The position numbers and the translations under genes were made by a program. Positions 58,121-64,000 of a stretch of DNA of 64,000 bases are shown one piece after another (the first letter of the stretch is position 1; each line of letters starts with the position of its first letter). The notes below the pieces were generated by a model. It was not told the origin of the DNA and did not search any database. It was given only the letters and a program-made list of their open reading frames with translations. The stretch spans positions 7,671,429 through 7,735,428 of the forward strand of contig CAJINV010000001.1 of assembly GCA_905178155.1 (NCBI GenBank). Reading direction: 5' to 3'. Source of the stretch: Amoebophrya sp. A120 (Eukaryota > Protista > Dinoflagellata).

Positions 58121-61100
58121 CTATCTACACAGCCAAGCGCCGAACTCGCCGCTCTCAAAAGCCCGGTGCATGTGCGTGATCAGTAGTCGGAGCCTCTCAA
58201 ACTGTTCGGGAAGATGCATGGCTCGCTGGAGCGGCGAGTCATATGGGGGGACCGTACAGGTGCGATCAAGAGACGCTCGTGCCCGCAGAAGCATTTGGAC
58301 TACATCAAGCGTGCCAGCTGCCACCGGATTCCGCAGAACCGCCAACAATGGGGTGACACCGTCCGACTCGATGGTTGAGTCTACTGGTAAGTCATCAAGA
58401 AGTTGCTCGACCAAGGCGACGTCTCCACTCAGGCAGGCTGTGTGTAAATCTCCTGGTGTTGCGATTCGTGCGGCTTGCGCCTGATGATATGATTTTCTCA
58501 ATCGCATACACGTACAAAAAAACAGAAACAGAGAGAAGATGCAAAAATGGTGTTGAGAACGAAATCGCGACTTTTTTGTACCTTGTCGCCGTCAGCCGTA
58601 GAAGCCACAACGTCGTCGCACACAACCACATCCTTCTTTCTCGAGGAACGCTCCCTACTTGTTTTCTTCTGCGAAGAAAAGCAAGAAAATTTCTTGCTTT
58701 TCTTCGCAGTTGACACAGATACGGACGAACATGTCGTAGAGTTGCTCGCACTACTTTTTTTGTCCACTTTCTCAACCTGCTGAATCATCGCCAGCGCTTT
58801 ACCGAGTGCGGCTTTCTCGTCTGGAGCTTTTGTGTCTCCGGGCACTGCTGATACCGCCGCCGGTGTCCAGGGACGGTGCGAGGCGATCTGAGACGCGATC
58901 TTCGCATTCCGCTCGACGTGGTCCTCTGTTGTACCACTTTCCTCCACAATGACATCGTGTTCGACCGCTGCTACGCCAGCAGCGTGTCTCAAGGGGGAAA
59001 CACTCGACGGCGAGCTTGCGTTTGTGTTCGTCCCCGGCGTAGTTCCTGCACCGCGCCGGCGCCGGTGTGTTTTTCCGGGCATGGGCGGCGGACTTGACGT
59101 TGCGGAGAGCGTGTTACTCGTCAGTGCCGCTGCCGACATGGTTTTCTGCAAGCGGTTGCGCGGATGTTTATTTCGCACAGAAGGGGACACAGATACCGAC
59201 GCATGTTCCGCAGCTTCGAGTATGTTCTCGCGGCGAATCGACAGAGGATTGTGATCCGCAGTACAGCCAGAAGCTGGAATAGGAGGAGCTCCTGCTGAAC
59301 AGGTAGTGTCTTGGTCTTCCTTCACAGCTGCTGCAGGCAACGCAGACTTGTTTGTTGTGCCCACCAGGCGGCTCAGGCTTGGGCTTTTGGCGCAGCTGGT
59401 TAGCTGCGGCCCTGGTACTGTCGTCGTGGAAGTGCCCGTACTTGTACCGGTTGCGTTGCTGCTCTTTTTTTTCGCAGCCGCCGCTAGCATGTCTGGGAAT
59501 TTGATGTCGGTGACCACGGAGTTTGAGTTCGCAGCAAACGAAAAGCCCTGCTCTTTCTCTTTCTTGTCTCTCACCGGGGAAGGAGACGACAGCGCGTCGG
59601 AATATGCATCGAAGTCCTCAATTACCGGAATAGTTTCCAAAGACGGCATGGTCAATTTTACGCGCTCCACCGGCGGGGAGTCCACACTCATCGGTAGCCA
59701 CCCATTGGGCCGCAACAGCTTCTCCGGCGTTTGTCCGCTGGCCGCCAGCGCGCACGCGTTCCGCAGCCGGTCGGGGGAGGACAGATGCGGTTGGGCGACG
59801 ACCGCGGTGTTCGTGCGGTTCCGGGTTTTGTTGCGACTGCATGGCGTCGTGGTGCCACTGCTCAACTGCACTGGGCTTCCGAAGGTGTTTGGGTTGAACC
59901 CCGGATAGTGGTTGGGTTTTTGAATCGTGGGAGAACTCGTTTCCAGCAGCGTTGGACCACCGGCTCGGGACTGCGGGACGGAGCACACGGGAGAGAGCGC
60001 GGTAGAGGAAGAGGAGGCGTTCACCAAGTGCCATGCCTTGGTGGCGCGAGCAGGAGATGATGTCGATGCACTTCCTTGATTACTATGTGCGGCAAAAGTG
60101 CCCCCCGCCTGATTCGGCGGACTCAAACTCGGACTACTCGCAGAAGTAGTTCCGACGTTCCCCAGTGTTGGCTGCGGAATTATATGGTTGCCAACCGTGG
60201 GTGAGCCTCCCGTGGGGGAAGATGCAGCTCCGTTGTTAAATGTGTTCCATGTGACCTGCTTCTGGTTCGCACTGGCTCCAAACTCTGCGTGCACGTAGCC
60301 ACCTCGCCGGTGGCGCCACGCCATCGGGCTTCTGCAAGACGGACTCTTCTTCAATCGCGCAATGTCTTCCTCGAAAAGCACCACTTGATCCTCCTGAGTC
60401 TCCCCTGGGCTGCGCAGGTCAGATGGTTTGATGAAGTTGTCCTGAAGCTCTGTTTTATTTTCCAGCAGCTGCTCCATCGTCGGACTGGAGCCGTTGATCC
60501 CGGTTCCGCCCTGCGTGGCTGCACGAGGAGGACTTGCTCCCTCGGATTTGCACGGAGACAACGAGGTCGGCGTGCTGGGGGCGCAGTCCTGATAGGAGTT
60601 GGAATCTTTTGCATTTCCCCAAAAACTGATTTAAAGCTGTCACATCCGACTGAGTAGGAAGAAGTCCAAGTACCAAATATAGCCGCCGGGGCGGGGGTAG
60701 TGAGGTCGTGGGCGTTTTCTTGCCGGCCGTCGCCTTGGCCGCGGCTTTGCTTTTTCTGGGCTCGCCATACCGCCGTGAGTAACGTTAAGCCGCACGGTAT
60801 GGCGGCCGCTTGATAAACGCCGCAAATTTTGGCAAATTCCCGATATTCCTTTCCGACAGCCAGCCCCCATGCTATGGGGTCGATCCGGGTACCACGGGGG
60901 GCGCCCAAAAAGCGAAGAAAAATCGGGCTCATAGCATGCGGATTGGCTTTGCGCGTCTGGCGCGCTTTTGCTTTTTTGCGTTTTTATTTTTCTAGCCGGC
61001 GCCTTTTGCAAAGCTTCCCAGGCTCTGAAACCGGCGAAAATGCGGCCACTTTCGCGGCCGCCAAAAATGCTCCGAAACCGCGACCGTGCCGCGCTGTTTT

Positions 61101-61641
61101 GCTGTTCTGATTTTGGGCGCGTTTTTTGCGCTCCCCTTTTTGGGCGCCTCAAATCGCCAGAAACCAAGGCGGTGGGCGCCTCAGAAAGGCGCCCCCTTTG
61201 CCGGCTCCCCTGCGCCGTTTTATCAAGCGGGAATCGATAGAATCCGCCCGGGCTATTTTGCCGCTAAAGCCCCGGCCGCTTGATAATTGAAAATCTTTTT
61301 TGTCAAAAAACACTTTCGCCCACTTTGAAACTGCCGGTCGTTTTGCTGTCTGGCTGGCAAAAAAACTCCCTGGTTAGAACCGTTCGGTGACCTCACTACA
61401 TACTACATGCAGAAAACCTCACCTTCAGCAGCGGTCGTTGAAACGCCGAGTACAGATCCGACACCGGAGTCTCCAGGTTGCGCACTACGTTTGACGACAA
61501 TGTTTCGAGCTGCTTACGGCTCATGCGCTGCGGCATGAAGGGAAGACTGCCGCCGGTAACCTGCTTGTGCCGGTGCTGTTTCAGCATTCTGCTGTTATTC
61601 TCGATGATGCTGTGCCCGCGCGAAGCGAGCGGGCTCGACAT
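58121..61641 (-). CDS. Ser/Pro-rich protein with C-terminal ankyrin repeats; exons 61641-61423, 60588-58582, 58480-58121
   Basis: Two phase-0 GT-AG introns (60589-61422, 58481-58581). Ankyrin motifs LHTACLSGDVALVEQLL and DGVTPLLAV...VVQMLLRARA. Confidence 0.7.
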
Positions 61642-61976
61642 CTTGAATGAGTTCCCTACTGGGTTCCTGGGCAGAATGGTTTAGTGCTCAGTTTTGGTTT
61701 TATGATAAGGTTGATTCTGTCCTCCGCTTTCGAAATAAAAACTCCCTCCGTTGTTCCAATCTGCCTTTCACAAATCTGTCAAACTCAAATTGTTCTCACT
61801 CTCAGCGCGCAAACAATAAAGAAACGGAACTCATGCCAAGATTCTGGCCGCACCTATCCACGTGCGAAAAAAATGTATGAAGGAAAATGATCCTCTGAGT
61901 GTTGTTGCAACTGCTGCAACTACTGGTACTGCACCTGCTAGGTATAAAAATCGACGTGCCGAGTCCTTGCAATTAT

Positions 61977-62504
61977 TCATTTCTTCGCTGATTTTCTTGA
62001 CGTTTTGTTTTTCTGCCTGGTTTCCTTCCTCAACTTTTCTAGGTCCCAAACCCGCGTTTCGTCCCTTTTCGAAAATTCCGGCAGCCGCTCCCGCGTGACC
62101 CGTATTCCCATGCCGCGACACGTGCCGAGCACCGCCAGGACCACGGACTTCAGAGGCACCCCGATCCACTGCGGGTCGCGGCTTTTCGCTACCGCCACGT
62201 GATACAGCTCCTTGAGCGTGATGTTGCCCACGTCCACCGGTGCGGCGAGCGGGAGGCGCGCGACGCGGTGCAGAAACCACTTGGTACTGGGCGAGCGGAT
62301 GAGGTACTTGAAGGTTTTGTCCGTCTTCGGGAACAGGGTCACCTGCAGCGGAACCTCCGGTCGCACCTGCGACGTCCGGCTGTTGAAGTCCTTGCAAAAC
62401 GCCATCATGTTGATGCCCAGAGGCCCCAACGCCTGCCCCACCGCGGGACTGGGCTTGGCCGTCGCGGCCGGAACGAAAAGCCGAAAGTTACCGATCACGG
62501 ACAT
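61977..62504 (-). CDS. MRPL11: Mitochondrial ribosomal protein uL11m
   Basis: RLFVPAATAKPSPAVGQALGPLGINMMAFCKDFN...VGNITLKELYHVAVAK...VLGTCRGMGIRV is bacterial-type L11, here in a nuclear genomic context. Confidence 0.92.
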   Translation of the reverse strand: MSVIGNFRLFVPAATAKPSPAVGQALGPLGINMMAFCKDFNSRTSQVRPEVPLQVTLFPKTDKTFKYLIRSPSTKWFLHRVARLPLAAPVDVGNITLKELYHVAVAKSRDPQWIGVPLKSVVLAVLGTCRGMGIRVTRERLPEFSKRDETRVWDLEKLRKETRQKNKTSRKSAKK

Positions 62505-62800
62505 TTTCGGGTTGATCTTACTGTACTGGCTGTCTACATGACGACGTCGAGATCAGGAATCAACGTAGACGGAGGGGATCGACCTGTATGAGAAAGTCTT
62601 CAAACGACCTTCTTGCGCTCTGATGAAGAGGCCGAGGAGAAGGAGATCGCGACCAATGCATCCATTCCACAAGGAAGAAACGACGCCTTGATCTTCTTCT
62701 ATCTTAGCACGACGTAGAGGTGAACACCCAGCTGCTCTTCACACTCTCCACAAAGTGTGAAGTGTGGTCGCGACTTCGCATTTCTTCTGGTGTTGCGTGT

Positions 62801-63334
62801 TCATGACGGTATTTTCCGCATGGCTTCGCGCATGCCTTCTTGGCGCAGCTTCGCCTTGGTTGGGCGTGACGTGATGGAACTGCTGTCTGCGCGCCCCACG
62901 GGTACCCAAATTGGGCTGCGAACCCGCACGCGAGTTGCCGCAGGGGAAGACGGTGATCGGACTCGCGAGCCATTGCTGTCGGCGCTGCGAACCTGCAATC
63001 TTGTTGCGCTTGAGCTGCGCTCGCCTGAGCGTGTTCTTCCCGGCGACCGTAGGCGAGACGCCATCGTGGTGGACAGGCTACTCTGCAAGGAGGGTGGGGT
63101 CAAACCGCGGCGAGACGACGTGGATCGTTGGCGATCGAAGGCGTGGCGGGACGTCGGCGAATCGATATCCATGTCTGCTTCCCGGTATCGGACCTCTCTC
63201 CTCAAATCGTTCCGGTAGTCGCCTTCCCGCGACAAAAACTGGGCCGCGATGCGCTCCTCCAAGTAGGTGCGGTTTCGCTTAAGCTTCTCGATCTGCTTCG
63301 CTTGCTTTTCCAGGACCTTGTGGCGGTCATTTCG
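62801..63334 (-). CDS. Hypothetical Arg/Ser-rich coiled-coil protein exon (5' part unresolved)
   Basis: Open frame RNDRHKVLEKQAKQIEKLKRNRTYLEERIAAQF...KIPS*. Confidence 0.45.
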   Translation of the reverse strand, partial: RNDRHKVLEKQAKQIEKLKRNRTYLEERIAAQFLSREGDYRNDLRREVRYREADMDIDSPTSRHAFDRQRSTSSRRGLTPPSLQSSLSTTMASRLRSPGRTRSGERSSSATRLQVRSADSNGSRVRSPSSPAATRVRVRSPIWVPVGRADSSSITSRPTKAKLRQEGMREAMRKIPS

Positions 63335-63913
63335 ATTTCATTTTTCGAAAATCGTTGCGCCCATGCATTGGGTGGCCGGCCGAAGGCAAGCGGCGCTTTG
63401 TTTTTGGCCGCCACTGCCGCACGCGCAGCGGGGCAAAACGGCCACAAGCTTTGGCTCTGCGCCCGTGTGGGGCCGGAAAATACAATAATGAGGTCATATA
63501 GGTGCAGGCACCCCCTCTAGAGGCTACAAAGACGCTTCCCTTGCTTCCTTCGTAATCCCGACTGCGGGGCCTCCGGGGCGATTTTAATTGTATATAACAT
63601 ATAACATATGAACCCCCAGCGGTAAGCTACTCACATCTCCTTTTTGGCAGAGAACGAGAAGCCATTTCCGACAAGCGGCACCACTTTCAATTTCTAGGTC
63701 GCCGAAGGGCCGTGCACGCATTCAAACAACTTTTTGCCGTCTCTCGCCTGCACGGCGCACTTTTCGCGTTTTCTCAGTTTTCGGTCCTTCAAAAGCCGGG
63801 ACAGAAGGTCTCGGCATGGTTCTCTTTCAACTTTCCAGTGTGCCACGCCACAATTTTTGAAAAGCTTCTTCAGCACGCGAGGCTGCGACGTTTTGTTTTT
63901 TTTTACTGTCACT

Positions 63914-64000
63914 CCCCCCACAGCGTCTACGCCGGCAGGTCGTAGACGCTGTGGCCCCCCACAGTGTCTACAAAAGCAGGTCGTAGACGCTGTGCCCCCC
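63914..64000. repeat. Tandem ~41-bp palindromic (hairpin) repeat, running off the window end
   Basis: Two units of the form cccccc-acagygtctac-loop-gtagacgctgtg. Unit 1 has a perfect 14-bp stem, ccacagcgtctacg/cgtagacgctgtgg. Confidence 0.85.

Noticed and set aside
63914-64000. CRISPR-like array
   Set aside because: Eukaryotic context, no unique spacers of CRISPR length and no cas genes.

Overview
Gene-dense eukaryotic (protist) genomic DNA. It is most likely an alveolate; the intron style matches what is known for the syndinean dinoflagellate Amoebophrya, but that is inference and not provable from this window. About 14 protein genes or pseudogenes can be reconstructed. They include a Cys-rich membrane-anchored surface protein, an AAAP amino-acid transporter, a PARP-type zinc-finger protein, a PUB-domain protein, a Rad3/XPD-like helicase remnant and a tandem gene pair. 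They also include a Cid1/Trf4-type nucleotidyltransferase, a giant EF-hand+DCX protein, a multi-C2 protein, an SLC6/NSS symporter, an ankyrin protein and mitochondrial uL11. The main signal is a set of at least nine non-autonomous DNA-transposon-like elements (260-720 bp, mostly TAT...ATA terminal inverted repeats, flanked by 5-bp target duplications that range from perfect to largely decayed) sitting inside coding sequence. Removing the element plus exactly 5 nt restores reading frames and conserved motifs (Walker A, PAP-associated EDP, transporter TM helix), yet no frame-restoring register gives GT-AG. They therefore behave as non-canonical introner introns, and they show an age series, a shared internal motif and a sense-orientation bias. 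A separate nested stack at 25.5-29.8 kb consists of an AT-rich island containing a 5'-truncated RNase H-bearing LINE (13-bp TSD), which in turn contains an hAT-like MITE (8-bp TSD). All exon structures are read by eye and need RNA-seq confirmation.
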